A stretch of DNA of 64,000 nt from Deltaproteobacteria bacterium HGW-Deltaproteobacteria-14 (lineage in GTDB: Bacteria; Myxococcota_A; UBA9042; PHBI01), in contig PHBI01000014.1 in the NCBI GenBank assembly GCA_002841945.1, forward strand, positions 5,606-69,605, written 5' to 3'. Both the position numbers and the translations under genes were made by a program. This document shows, in pieces, positions 50,361 through 60,008 of this stretch (positions are counted from its first letter, which is position 1; each line of letters opens with the position of its first letter). The notes under the pieces were generated by a model that had not been told where the DNA came from, did not search any database, and saw only the letters and a program-made list of their open reading frames with translations.

Positions 50361-52889
50361 TCAGCCGATGGTGTGGACGAGGATCATCGGCCCCTCGGGA
50401 GCCGTGTCCTCGCGCAGATCGATCTCGCCGCTGATGGCCCAGAGGTTCTCGCCCTCGGGGTCCACCAGGACCTGGGACACGCGCCAGCGGTGCTTGCCGT
50501 CGGGTTGCACCGTCGTCTTGTCGGTCAGGCGCGCGGTGTGGTCGAAGATCAAGCGGCCGTGCTCCTCCAAGAACGGCTCCAGGGCCGCCTGGAAGCGCGC
50601 CGCGTCCCACGGGTCGTCCGGGGCCTGCGCCACGCACGCCGCCGCCTCCTCCCAGTCGCCCTCGGCCAGCGCCTTGACCAGCGCGTGCAGCTCGGCCCGG
50701 ATCCGCGCCCGGAAGCTGCGCTGCTCGCGCGAGATGTCGAGCGGCGGCGCGAGCTCCGGCACCACCGTCCGCTCCTCGCCGTACATCAGGCGCTCCCACT
50801 CCTGAATGAGGCTCGCGTCCACCCGCGCCAGCGCCGTCCGGAAGAACGCGATGATGTCCATCACCTCGTCCGAGCGATACATCTCGGGCACCGTCTGCAC
50901 GAGGGTCTTGAAGCCCCCCGTGAGGTAGCGCATCAGCACGCCCTCCATGCGCTCGAGGCCGAGCTCGCGCACGTAGTCGTTGAACGACAGGTAGCGCTCG
51001 TACATGTCGCGCAGGATCGACTTGGGGCGCACGTTCTCGTGGCCGACCCAGGGGTGCTGCTCCTCGAAGATCTCGAACAGCCGGTAGATGAAGTCCGCGC
51101 GCGGCTTGGGCCAGGTGAGACCCTCGATGCGCTTCATCCGGTCCTCGTACTCGATGCCCTCGGCCTTCATGTCGTTGATGAGCTGCCCCTTGAGCTTGTC
51201 GAGCTGCTTGAGGAGCACCGCGCGCGGATCCTCGAGGATCGACTCGCACAGGGTCACGACGTCGAGCGCGAACTCCGGCGAGTCCGGGTCGAGCGCGCCG
51301 AGCGCCTCGACCAGGAACAAAGACAGCGCCTGCATCATCGAGAAGTCGGTCTGCAGGTCGGCCTGCACCACGACCTCCTGCCCCCGCAGGTACTCGTGGG
51401 GCCGCACCTCGAGCACGTAGGCGTGGCGGAGCCCCTTGAAGAGCGCCCGCGCCTGGCGCCGCAGGTAGCGCTTGGAGCCGTCGTGCTCGTGGGACTTGCC
51501 GATGAGGTCGATGAGCAGCCGGTAGCCGCCTCCCTTGCGGTAGGCGTTGCCCGGGCGCTGCAGCAGGTCGACCATCATCCCGTGGGTCACCTGGAAGGAG
51601 GACTCGAGGGGCTCCGGCGGGCGCTCGACCAGCGCCCGGAAGGTCTCCTCGTTCCACGGCACGTAGCCCTTCTGGGGCGCCTGCTTGCGGACGAACTTCT
51701 TCTTGCCGGCGGCGGCCGCGCGACCCTCGATGCGCTTGTTCTCGATGAGGTGGGCGGGGGCCTGGGCGACGACGTAGCCCTGGTCGTCGTAGCCCTTGCG
51801 GCCGGCGCGGCCGGCGATCTGCTTGAAGTCGCGCACGCTCAGGATGGCCGTCTTCTGGCCGTCGTACTTGCAGAGCTTGGTGAAGAGCACCGTGCGCAGC
51901 GGGATGTTCACGCCGACGCCGAGGGTGTCGGTGCCGCTGATGACCTTGAGGAGCCCCTTGCGGCTGAGGCGCTCGACCACGAGGCGGTACTTCGGCAGGA
52001 GCCCGCCGTGGTGCAGGCCGATGCCGTGCTTGAGGTAGCGCTGCATGTCCTTGCCGTAGGGGGTGTCGAAGCGCACGTCGGCGATCTCGTCGGCGATGGT
52101 GCGCTTGTCCTCCTTGCTGGCGAAGTTCACGCTCATCAGGTTCTGCGCCTCCTCGGCGGACTCCCGCTGGGTGAAGTTCACGAGGTAGATGGGCGCGCGG
52201 TCCTGATCGACGAGGCGCGCGAGGGCCTCGTGGAGCGGCTCCTCGCTGTAGTCGAAGGCCAGCGGCACCGGGCGCTGCTCGCTGCTGACGACGGCGACCC
52301 GGCGGCCGGTCGTGCGCTCGATGTGCTCCTCGATGGGGCGCGTGTCGCCGAGGGTCGCCGACATCAGCAAAAACGTCGCGCGCTCGAGCAGCAGCAGGGG
52401 GATCTGCCAGGCGACGCCCCGCTCCTTGTCCGCGTAGTAGTGGAACTCGTCCATCACCACGTAGTCAGCCTTGGCGTCGACCCCCTCACGCAGGGCGATG
52501 TTGGCGAGGATCTCGGCGGTGCAGCAGATGATCTCGGCGTCCCGGTTGACCGCCGAGTCGCCGGTCATCATGCCGACGCGCTGGGGGCCGAAGACGCCGC
52601 ACAGGTCGAAGAACTTCTCGCTGACGAGCGCCTTGATGGGCGAGGTGTAGAAGGAGCGCTTGCCCCGCGCCAGGGCGTGCAGGTGCATCGCGACCGCGAC
52701 CAGCGACTTGCCCGACCCGGTCGGGGTCTTGAGCACGACGTGGTTGTCGGTGAAGACCTCGAGGATGGCCTCCTCCTGGGCGGGGTAGAGGGCGAGGCCG
52801 CGCTCGCCGACCCAGTCGAGGAAGAGGTCGAAGAGCGCGTCGGCGTCGGCGTCGGCGGGGAGGCGGTCGGCGAGGGTGGGTTGGGTCAT
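50361..52889 (-). CDS. Ski2/HelY-like DEAD/DEAH-box helicase with DUF3516-like C-terminus
   Basis: PTGSGKS, DEFH, MSAT, GTDTLGVGVNIP, QIAGRAGRKG; start MTQPTLADRL. Confidence 0.93.
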   Translation of the reverse strand: MTQPTLADRLPADADADALFDLFLDWVGERGLALYPAQEEAILEVFTDNHVVLKTPTGSGKSLVAVAMHLHALARGKRSFYTSPIKALVSEKFFDLCGVFGPQRVGMMTGDSAVNRDAEIICCTAEILANIALREGVDAKADYVVMDEFHYYADKERGVAWQIPLLLLERATFLLMSATLGDTRPIEEHIERTTGRRVAVVSSEQRPVPLAFDYSEEPLHEALARLVDQDRAPIYLVNFTQRESAEEAQNLMSVNFASKEDKRTIADEIADVRFDTPYGKDMQRYLKHGIGLHHGGLLPKYRLVVERLSRKGLLKVISGTDTLGVGVNIPLRTVLFTKLCKYDGQKTAILSVRDFKQIAGRAGRKGYDDQGYVVAQAPAHLIENKRIEGRAAAAGKKKFVRKQAPQKGYVPWNEETFRALVERPPEPLESSFQVTHGMMVDLLQRPGNAYRKGGGYRLLIDLIGKSHEHDGSKRYLRRQARALFKGLRHAYVLEVRPHEYLRGQEVVVQADLQTDFSMMQALSLFLVEALGALDPDSPEFALDVVTLCESILEDPRAVLLKQLDKLKGQLINDMKAEGIEYEDRMKRIEGLTWPKPRADFIYRLFEIFEEQHPWVGHENVRPKSILRDMYERYLSFNDYVRELGLERMEGVLMRYLTGGFKTLVQTVPEMYRSDEVMDIIAFFRTALARVDASLIQEWERLMYGEERTVVPELAPPLDISREQRSFRARIRAELHALVKALAEGDWEEAAACVAQAPDDPWDAARFQAALEPFLEEHGRLIFDHTARLTDKTTVQPDGKHRWRVSQVLVDPEGENLWAISGEIDLREDTAPEGPMILVHTIG

Positions 52890-53929
52890 AGGGACAAGCT
52901 CGAGCGGCGCGCCTGGGAGCCGACGCGGCCGGCGAGCAGCTCGGCGACGGGGCGGGTTACGGAGTAGTTCTTCAAGACGACCCGGATGATGGCCATCAGC
53001 GGGGCCGAGAGGAGCATCCCCACGACGCCCCAGATGACCCCCCAAAGGCCGAGGCCGATGAGGATGGTGGCCGGGTGGAGGTCGAGGCCGTGGCCCATGA
53101 GCTTCGGCTCGAGGACGTTGCCGATGACGTTCTGGGCGAGCACCAGCCCGCCGACGATGCCGAGCCCGACGAGGGGGTCGACCGCGACGAAGATGAGGGG
53201 GAGGGTGACGATGACGGCGAGCACGGAGCCGACGGTGGGGACGAAGTTCAGCAGGAAGGCGAGCAGGCCGAAGACGAGCGCCAGGTCGATGCCGAAGGCG
53301 AAGAGCAGCCCGCCGAAGACGAGTCCGATGGCGGTCGAGGTGACGAGCTTGGTGCGCAGGTAGCGGTTGACGCTGCGGTCGATCTCCTCCCAGACGCCGC
53401 CCTTGTCCTCCCACGGGCTCTTGCCCATGATCAGGAAGGCGAAGAAGAGCAGCGTCAGGGCGGCCTTCGACAGGATCCCGGCCAGCGAGCCGAGGGCCCC
53501 GGTCACGATCTCCTGCATCGGGAGCGCCTGGATGTGCTTCACGACGGCGTCGTTGTCGATCTCGAGCCCCTGGCCCTGGAGCCAGGCGACGATGCTCTGC
53601 TCGAAGGCGAGGAGGCGCTGCCCGTAGACCTCGAGCTTCTGCTCGATGCCGTCGACGGACTGCACGATGAGGAGCACGAGCCCGAGGGACAGCGCGATGC
53701 CGATGAGCATCGTGACGACCAGCGCCAGCCAGCGCGGGGCGCGGAGCCGCATCTCGAGGTAGTCGACCAGCGGGCTCACCACGTACACCAGCAGCAGCGC
53801 GACGACGAAGGGCAGCGCCACCTCGCGCAGCACCGTCAGCGCCGCCCCGAGGGCGATCGCGGCGATGAGCAACAGGGCGATGGTGGTCAGCTTGCGCTGC
53901 TCGACGTCGAGCGGGGTCGGCTCGTCCAT
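52886..53929 (-). CDS. AI-2E (PerM) family transporter
   Basis: Multiple TMs, FLLNFVPTVGS, GNVLEPKLMG..LHP..GMLLSAPL; stop overlaps the helicase ATG. Confidence 0.92.
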   Translation of the reverse strand: MDEPTPLDVEQRKLTTIALLLIAAIALGAALTVLREVALPFVVALLLVYVVSPLVDYLEMRLRAPRWLALVVTMLIGIALSLGLVLLIVQSVDGIEQKLEVYGQRLLAFEQSIVAWLQGQGLEIDNDAVVKHIQALPMQEIVTGALGSLAGILSKAALTLLFFAFLIMGKSPWEDKGGVWEEIDRSVNRYLRTKLVTSTAIGLVFGGLLFAFGIDLALVFGLLAFLLNFVPTVGSVLAVIVTLPLIFVAVDPLVGLGIVGGLVLAQNVIGNVLEPKLMGHGLDLHPATILIGLGLWGVIWGVVGMLLSAPLMAIIRVVLKNYSVTRPVAELLAGRVGSQARRSSLSL

Positions 53930-54016
53930 GAACGGCTCCAAGGCGCGAGAGTCGCCCCATCACTACCCCATGTCTCGCGCCAGCGCGATGGGGACCGGAG
54001 CAGCAGCTCGGAACGC

Positions 54017-54045
54017 AAAACGCCGGGCCTTGGCAGGCCCGGCGT
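54017..54045 (-). terminator. Intrinsic terminator of korAB
   Basis: 11-bp stem ACGCCGGGCCT/AGGCCCGGCGT, 4-nt loop, U-tract on the minus strand. Confidence 0.8.
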
Positions 54046-54073
54046 CTCGCGCCTCACGCGTGCGCTCGGCTGA

Positions 54074-55099
54074 CTATGCGCCGACGGTCCACATGTGGCC
54101 GCTGTTGAGCAGGTCGTGGAGATCACCACGGCCCTTCTTCTCGATCTCGGTCTGGACCTGGGCGTTGACCATCTCGTCGTAGCTCGGCCGCTCGACCCGG
54201 CGGATGATGCCGAGGGCGGTCGGGAACTCGGGGGCGTGCATCCGCGCCAGGGCGAGGTGGTAGCCCAGCGGGCCGTCCTCGCGGTGGACGCAGATCTTGT
54301 CGATCCCGACCTCCTCGACGTTCACGATCTTCGGGCGGAAGTCCTCGAAGATGATGCCCTGGGTGCCGCCGTTGAAGAGGAGCGGCTTGCCGTGCTCGAC
54401 GAAGATGACGTTGGCCTCCTTCTGGCCCTTCTCGGTCAGCGGGGCGAAGGCGCCGTCGTTGAAGATCGGGCAGTTCTGGTAGATCTCGGTGAACGCCGCG
54501 CCCTTGAAGTGGGCGGCCGCGTCGAGCACCTCGCCGAGGTGCTTCTGCTCGCGGTCCGCGGCGCGGGCGACGAAGCCACCCTCGGCGCCGAGGGCGACCG
54601 ACAGCGGCTGGAACGGCGTGTCCACCGACCCGAAGGGCGACGACTTGGTGCGCTTGCCGAACTCGCTCGTCGGCGAATACTGCCCCTTCGTCAGACCGTA
54701 GATCTGGTTGTTGAAGAGGACGATCTTCAGATCGATGTTGCGGCGCAGCGCGTGGATCAGGTGGTTGCCACCGATGGACAGCCCGTCGCCGTCGCCGGTG
54801 ATGACCCACACCTGCATCTCGGGGTGCATGATCTTGAGCCCGGTCGCGACCGCCGGCGCGCGCCCGTGGATCGTGTGGAACCCGTACGTGTTCATGTAGT
54901 ACGGGAAGCGCGACGAGCAGCCGATGCCGCTGATGACCGCGAACTGCTCGCGCGGCAGGCCGAGGGTCGGGAACAGCTTCTGGAACTGGGCCAGGATGGC
55001 GTAGTCCCCGCAGCCGGGGCACCAGCGCACCTCCTGCTCGGTCTTGAAGTCGCTTCGTGTCAGCTTGACGGGGTTGGGGGCGACGGTCACGGCAGTCAC
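54074..55099 (-). CDS. korB: 2-oxoacid:ferredoxin oxidoreductase beta subunit
   Basis: WCPGCGD, SGIGCSS, GDGD TPP-binding motif, NNQIYGLTKGQYSPT; GTG overlaps the alpha-subunit stop. Confidence 0.95.
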   Translation of the reverse strand: MTAVTVAPNPVKLTRSDFKTEQEVRWCPGCGDYAILAQFQKLFPTLGLPREQFAVISGIGCSSRFPYYMNTYGFHTIHGRAPAVATGLKIMHPEMQVWVITGDGDGLSIGGNHLIHALRRNIDLKIVLFNNQIYGLTKGQYSPTSEFGKRTKSSPFGSVDTPFQPLSVALGAEGGFVARAADREQKHLGEVLDAAAHFKGAAFTEIYQNCPIFNDGAFAPLTEKGQKEANVIFVEHGKPLLFNGGTQGIIFEDFRPKIVNVEEVGIDKICVHREDGPLGYHLALARMHAPEFPTALGIIRRVERPSYDEMVNAQVQTEIEKKGRGDLHDLLNSGHMWTVGA

Positions 55100-56991
55100 A
55101 GCACGGCCTCCTGGCTGGGGGTCTCGAGGACGGCCTCGATCTTCTTGACGATCTCGGAGATCTTGAAGGGCTGGCCCTGGATCTTGTTGAGGCCCTTCAC
55201 ATCGACGAGGTAACGCTCGCGCAGGAGGTGGCGCAGCTGCCCGAGGTTGAGCTCGGCCGCGATCACCGTGCGGAAGGACTTCAGCATCCGCTCGACGTTG
55301 CCCGGCATCGGGTTGATGTGCCGGAGGTGCATGAAGCTGACCTTGTGCCCCTTCCTGCGGAGCAGCGCGGTCGCGGCGCGCAGCGCGCCGTAGGTCCCGC
55401 CCCAGCCGACGATCAGCACGTCGCCGTGATCGTCGCCGATGACCTCCGCGTCGGGGATGTCGGCGGCGATGCGCGCGACCTTCTCGGCGCGGATGCGGTT
55501 CATGTGCTCGTGGTTGTCGGGGTCGTACGACACCGTGCCGGACCCGTCCGCCTTCTCGAGGCCGCCGATGCGGTGCTCGAGCCCGGGCGTCCCGGCTCGC
55601 ACCCAGGGGCGCGCGAGGGTGACGGGGTTGCGGTCGTAGGACTGGAACCCCTCGACCTCGGTGCGGAAGTGGACCGTCAGGTCGGGCAGGCTCGCGACGT
55701 CGGGCACCTTCCACGGCTCGGCGCCGTTGGCGATGTAGCCGTCGGTGAGCAGCATCACCGGGGTCATGTACTTCGTCGCGATGCGCACGGCCTCGATGGC
55801 CATGTCGAAGCAGTCCGCCGGCGTCGCCGCCGCGATGACCGGCATCGGCGCCTCGCCGTTGCGGCCGTACATCGCCTGCAGCAGGTCCGACTGCTCGGTC
55901 TTGGTCGGGAGGCCCGTCGAGGGGCCGCCGCGCTGCACGTCGACGATGACCAGCGGGAGCTCGGTCATGATCGCCAGGCCGATGGCCTCGCCCTTGAGCG
56001 CGAGGCCCGGGCCGCTGGTGGTCGTGATGGCGATGTTGCCGCCGAAGGCCGCGCCGATCGCCGAGGCGACCGCCGCGATCTCGTCCTCGGCCTGGAACGT
56101 CCTGACCCCGAAGCGCTTGTACTTCGAGAGCTCGTGCAGGATGTCGCTGGCCGGGGTGATCGGGTAGGACCCGAGGAAGAGGTCGCTCTTGGCGAGCTGC
56201 GCCGCCGCGACGAAGCCCATCGCGGTCGCGGTGTTGCCGGTCACCTGGCGGTAGACGCCGGGGGCGATGGAGGCGGGCGGCACCTTGTAGCTGACCGCGA
56301 AGGCCTCGGTCGTGACGCCGTAGTTGAAGCCGGCCCGCAGGACCAACTTGTTCGCCTCCGCCATGTCGGGCTTCTTGGCGAACTTCTGGTCGAGCCACTT
56401 CTCGGTGTGCTCGAGGGGGCGGCTGAAGCAGTAGTACATCAGCCCCAGCGCCAGGAAGTTCTTGCAGCGGTCCTTCTCACGGGTGGTCAGATCGCTGCCC
56501 TCGAGGGCGCCGCGGGTCAGGGTCGTGAACTGCACCTCGAAGACGCGGAAGGCGTCGAGGGTGCCGTCTCCCAGGACCGTGGGAGGCAGGTCGACCTTCT
56601 CACACGAGCGCGCGTCGAAGGCGTCCGAGTTGACGAAGATCATCGCTCCGGGCTCGAGGTCCTTGAGGTTGGCCTTGAGCGCCGCCGGGTTCATCGCCAC
56701 CAGCACGTCGGGACGATCCCCCGGCGTATAGATGTCGGAGCTCCCGAACTGGACCTGGAAGCCGGAGACGCCCGCGAGCGTGCCCGCGGGGGCCCGGATC
56801 TCGGCGGGGTAGTCCGGCAGCGTGGCGAGGTCGTTTCCAACGATGGCGGTGGTCGAGGTGAACTGAGTACCGGTCAGCTGCATCCCGTCACCGGAGTCTC
56901 CGGCGAACCGAATCGCGACCGTCTCGAGGGACTCGACGCTCCGCCCGTTGGAACCGGGATCCCCGAGGGGAGAGGAGGTGTCTGTGCTCAT
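55096..56991 (-). CDS. korA: 2-oxoacid:ferredoxin oxidoreductase alpha subunit (gamma-alpha fusion)
   Basis: GDSGDGMQLTG, YPITPAS, EDEIAA, TSGPG, QRGGPSTG. Substrate specificity is not determinable from sequence. Confidence 0.95.
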   Translation of the reverse strand: MSTDTSSPLGDPGSNGRSVESLETVAIRFAGDSGDGMQLTGTQFTSTTAIVGNDLATLPDYPAEIRAPAGTLAGVSGFQVQFGSSDIYTPGDRPDVLVAMNPAALKANLKDLEPGAMIFVNSDAFDARSCEKVDLPPTVLGDGTLDAFRVFEVQFTTLTRGALEGSDLTTREKDRCKNFLALGLMYYCFSRPLEHTEKWLDQKFAKKPDMAEANKLVLRAGFNYGVTTEAFAVSYKVPPASIAPGVYRQVTGNTATAMGFVAAAQLAKSDLFLGSYPITPASDILHELSKYKRFGVRTFQAEDEIAAVASAIGAAFGGNIAITTTSGPGLALKGEAIGLAIMTELPLVIVDVQRGGPSTGLPTKTEQSDLLQAMYGRNGEAPMPVIAAATPADCFDMAIEAVRIATKYMTPVMLLTDGYIANGAEPWKVPDVASLPDLTVHFRTEVEGFQSYDRNPVTLARPWVRAGTPGLEHRIGGLEKADGSGTVSYDPDNHEHMNRIRAEKVARIAADIPDAEVIGDDHGDVLIVGWGGTYGALRAATALLRRKGHKVSFMHLRHINPMPGNVERMLKSFRTVIAAELNLGQLRHLLRERYLVDVKGLNKIQGQPFKISEIVKKIEAVLETPSQEAVL

Positions 56992-57499
56992 CGTGGTGCC
57001 CTTCTTGGCGCCACCCAAGCGGCGGGCGGCGCGGTCAAGTGGGCGGCAGTATAGGGACCGAACCCAGCCCCGTCACGTCCCAAACACACGCATGTAACGT
57101 TCCTTCACAGCGTGCGAACCGCACACCCGCCAGCGCTGGGCGGGCACGGCGATCACGCACACGCAAAAGAAGCTCGCGAGCGAGGTCTCGGCTAGGTCGA
57201 GACGGGAGAGTCGAGGGCTGGCTGGAGGCAACGCACAAAGGCGCCGTCCGCGGCGTCACCCTCTCGCGCGGCGCGGTGGCGCGGTGGAGGGGACGTGCGA
57301 GCGACGCGATCCGGCTGTGCGACCGGGGGCGGTCCGACCGCCCGGGGGCGGTCACGACCATCCGAGCCCTGACGGGCCCTTCTAGCTGGACACCGACATC
57401 GTATCGGTCGCCCCCCTGCGGTCTCCGCGGCTCCCTCCGGCCGACTTCGTCGACCTACGGGACCAGCTTCGCCCTCCGGGTGCCGACCTGCCGGCCGAG

Positions 57500-57805
57500 T
57501 TACCAGGACGCCTTGGTGACGCCCGGCAGCTCGCCCTGGAGCGCGAGCTCGCGCAGGGCGATACGCGACAGCCCGAACTTCCGGTAGTACGCGCGGGGCC
57601 GGCCGGTCAGGACGCAGCGGTTGCGTACGCGGTTCGGGTTGGCGTTGCGCGGGATCTTCTCCAGGGCCTGGCGGGCCAGCTCGCGATCGGCGCGGGCCGT
57701 CAGCGGGCTCTGGATGATCGACTTGAGTTCGCTGCGCTTCGCAGCGTACTTCGCGACGAGCTGCTTGCGCTTCTCGTTGTGATTGATCTTGCTCTTCTTT
57801 GCCAC
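57500..57805 (-). CDS. rpsN: 30S ribosomal protein S14, 101-aa Zn-free (C-) type, stand-alone
   Basis: [46 protein letters not shown]; GTG start with GGAG RBS. Confidence 0.96.
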   Translation of the reverse strand: MAKKSKINHNEKRKQLVAKYAAKRSELKSIIQSPLTARADRELARQALEKIPRNANPNRVRNRCVLTGRPRAYYRKFGLSRIALRELALQGELPGVTKASW

Positions 57806-57835
57806 AGGGTCTCCGACGGGTCTTCGGGCCGCGGG

Positions 57836-57864
57836 GATATACGGCTTTGACCGGAGCGGGTCAA
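57836..57864 (-). promoter_or_regulatory. Sigma70-type promoter for rpsN with overlapping palindrome
   Basis: Minus strand TTGACC-17 nt-TATATC; TTGACC-N6-GGTCAA palindrome at 57847-57864. Confidence 0.55.
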
Positions 57865-58083
57865 GTCTGGTGTGTTCCACTGGTCCGCGGGACCGCTCGG
57901 ACCTACCCTGCGCCGTGGGCGCGAGGGCGCCGAGCCTGGCCGGCGCGGGCCCCCGCGGGGCGCTGGCGGTGCCGGGAAGGAAAATCGGTGGATGGCGTTT
58001 GCTGGACCCGACGACGGGCGCGAGGTGACCCGAGCGGGATCGAGCGGGGGCCGCGCGCCGAACGACACAGACGGAGGCATGAG

Positions 58084-59352
58084 ATGAGCGGTCGCGCGAA
58101 GGGGCTCGGGATCCTGGTCGTGGTCCTGGCGGCGCTGAACGTCGGGTTGATGGCGTGGATCGCGTTCGGTTCGGGGGGCTCCGGGCCCGCACCCGCCGCG
58201 CCGATAAGCGCGGCGAGCGCGCCACCGGCCCGGGTCGGGGCGATCGCGACGACCGGCGGCGATCCGACGCCGCGCGAGGTCCGCGTCGCGGACGAGGTGA
58301 CCACCGACGCCGAGGGGGCGCTCGCCGCGGCGGTCGCGCCGGCACGGGGCGTCGAACCGGCGCCGGAGGCGCCCGAGGGCGGCCTGCTCGTCGGCGAGCA
58401 GGCGATGGTCGAGCTCTTCGAGCGGTCCTCGCCCTCGGTGGTCTTCATCACGACCCTGCAGGACGTGCGGAGTCGCTTCGGGATGAACGTCCACCGCGTC
58501 CCCAAGGGCAGCGGCAGCGGCTTCATCTGGGACGCCGACGGTCACGTCGTCACCAACTTCCACGTCATCGCCGAGGCGAGCGAGGCGGTCGTGACGCTGT
58601 CGGACGGCGAGGAGGTCCCGGCGACCCTGGTCGGCGCGGCGCCCGACTCCGACCTCGCGGTCCTCAAGATCGACGTGGGCGCCGAGCGCCTCCACCCGAT
58701 CACCCGCGGGACCTCGCAGAACCTGAAGGTCGGGCAGTTCACGATGGCGATCGGCAACCCGTTCGGTCTCGATCAGACGCTGACGACCGGCGTCGTCAGC
58801 GCCCTCGACCGCGAGATCGACGCGATGAGCGGGCGGCGGATCTTCGGCGTCATCCAGACCGACGCCGCGATCAACCCCGGCAACTCCGGCGGCCCGCTGC
58901 TCGACTCCCACGGCCGGCTCATCGGCGTCAACGCCGCCATCCAGAGCCCGTCGGGGGCGAGCGCCGGCATCGGCTTCGCCGTCCCGGTGGACACGGTCAA
59001 CCGCATCGTGCCGCAGCTCATCAAGTACGGGCGGGCGGCGCGGCCGGCGATGGGGGTCTCGCTGCTGTCGAGCCAGATGTCGCGCCGCTTCGGGGTCAAG
59101 GGGGTCGTCATCCGCGACGTCCGCCCGGACTCGCCGGCGGCGGCGGCCGGCCTGCTCGGGCTCGCCTATGACCGGCGCGGCGGGGTGCAGCTCGGAGACG
59201 TCATCGTCGGCATCGACGCCGAGGACGTCGTCGACACGACGGACCTGCTCAGGGCGCTCGATCCGCACGACGTCGGCGATCAGGTCGTCCTGAAGGTCGA
59301 CCGCAACGGGGCGCGCCGCGAGGTGAAGGTCCGGCTCGCGGGCGCGAATTGA
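58084..59352 (+). CDS. HtrA/DegP-family trypsin-like serine protease with one PDZ domain
   Basis: [41 protein letters not shown]; N-terminal TM. Confidence 0.95.
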   Translation: MSGRAKGLGILVVVLAALNVGLMAWIAFGSGGSGPAPAAPISAASAPPARVGAIATTGGDPTPREVRVADEVTTDAEGALAAAVAPARGVEPAPEAPEGGLLVGEQAMVELFERSSPSVVFITTLQDVRSRFGMNVHRVPKGSGSGFIWDADGHVVTNFHVIAEASEAVVTLSDGEEVPATLVGAAPDSDLAVLKIDVGAERLHPITRGTSQNLKVGQFTMAIGNPFGLDQTLTTGVVSALDREIDAMSGRRIFGVIQTDAAINPGNSGGPLLDSHGRLIGVNAAIQSPSGASAGIGFAVPVDTVNRIVPQLIKYGRAARPAMGVSLLSSQMSRRFGVKGVVIRDVRPDSPAAAAGLLGLAYDRRGGVQLGDVIVGIDAEDVVDTTDLLRALDPHDVGDQVVLKVDRNGARREVKVRLAGAN

Positions 59353-59912
59353 GCGCCCGCCTGGCGGGGTTGGTGGCGTCGGGGTGGGCGGCCCTCGTCA
59401 CGGGGTGCGCCAGCGCGCCCGTGGAGCCGGCCCCCGCGGTGGAGGCCCCGGCGGCCGCCCCCGCTGCCGCGGCGCCCGATCCCGACGACGACCTGCCCGA
59501 TGAGGCGCTGACGGTCCACCCGTACGGCGGCCCACAGGCCGGGGAGGCCGCGCCGAGCCTCGAGAGCCTCGCGTGGTACCGCGGGGCGCCGGTCCCCGCC
59601 GGAGAGCGCTACGTCATCTTCTTCTGGGGGACGTGGTGCAAGCCGTGCAAGGCCGCGCTGCCCACGCTCATGGCGCGGTCGGCCGAGCGCGGGCTGGCGA
59701 TCGTCGCGGTGAGTCGGGACAAGCCGCCCGGCCTCGACGCGTTCTTCGCCGGCTGGAGCGCCCCGTTCCCCGACCGGGTCGCCATCGAGTCCGCGCCGTA
59801 CCCCGTACACCGCACCTACGAGGCGTGGACGCTGCCGCGCTTCGTCTACGTGGGCGGGGATGGGACCATCGAGCGGGTGGTCTACGGGACGCGCGACCTC
59901 GACGCGCTGTGA
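59349..59912 (+). CDS. TlpA-like thioredoxin-fold lipoprotein
   Basis: Lipobox VTGC; FWGTWCKPCK; TLPRFVYV; TTG start overlaps the protease stop. Confidence 0.85.
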   Translation: MSARLAGLVASGWAALVTGCASAPVEPAPAVEAPAAAPAAAAPDPDDDLPDEALTVHPYGGPQAGEAAPSLESLAWYRGAPVPAGERYVIFFWGTWCKPCKAALPTLMARSAERGLAIVAVSRDKPPGLDAFFAGWSAPFPDRVAIESAPYPVHRTYEAWTLPRFVYVGGDGTIERVVYGTRDLDAL

Positions 59913-60008
59913 CGGCGGCGCAGCGGCCGTAGCGCACATGGACGCGGAGGCGGGCGGGACGGCCACCGTCTGAAGCGAGGCGGGCGGGAGGCCCACCGTC
60001 CACCGGCG

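Noticed and set aside
50361-53963. Track ORFs suggesting fusions or N-terminal extensions (50361..53963, 54074..56398, 43918..45732, 18709..20652, 26405..28507, 9408..11702)
   Set aside because: The N-terminal parts are off-frame readings of the upstream gene. Genuine starts with RBS or stop/start overlaps were found downstream.
57092-57110. CRP/Rex-like site upstream of korA (TGTAA..TTCACA)
   Set aside because: Half-site spacing does not fit either TGTGA-N6-TCACA or TTGTGAA-N4-TTCACAA.
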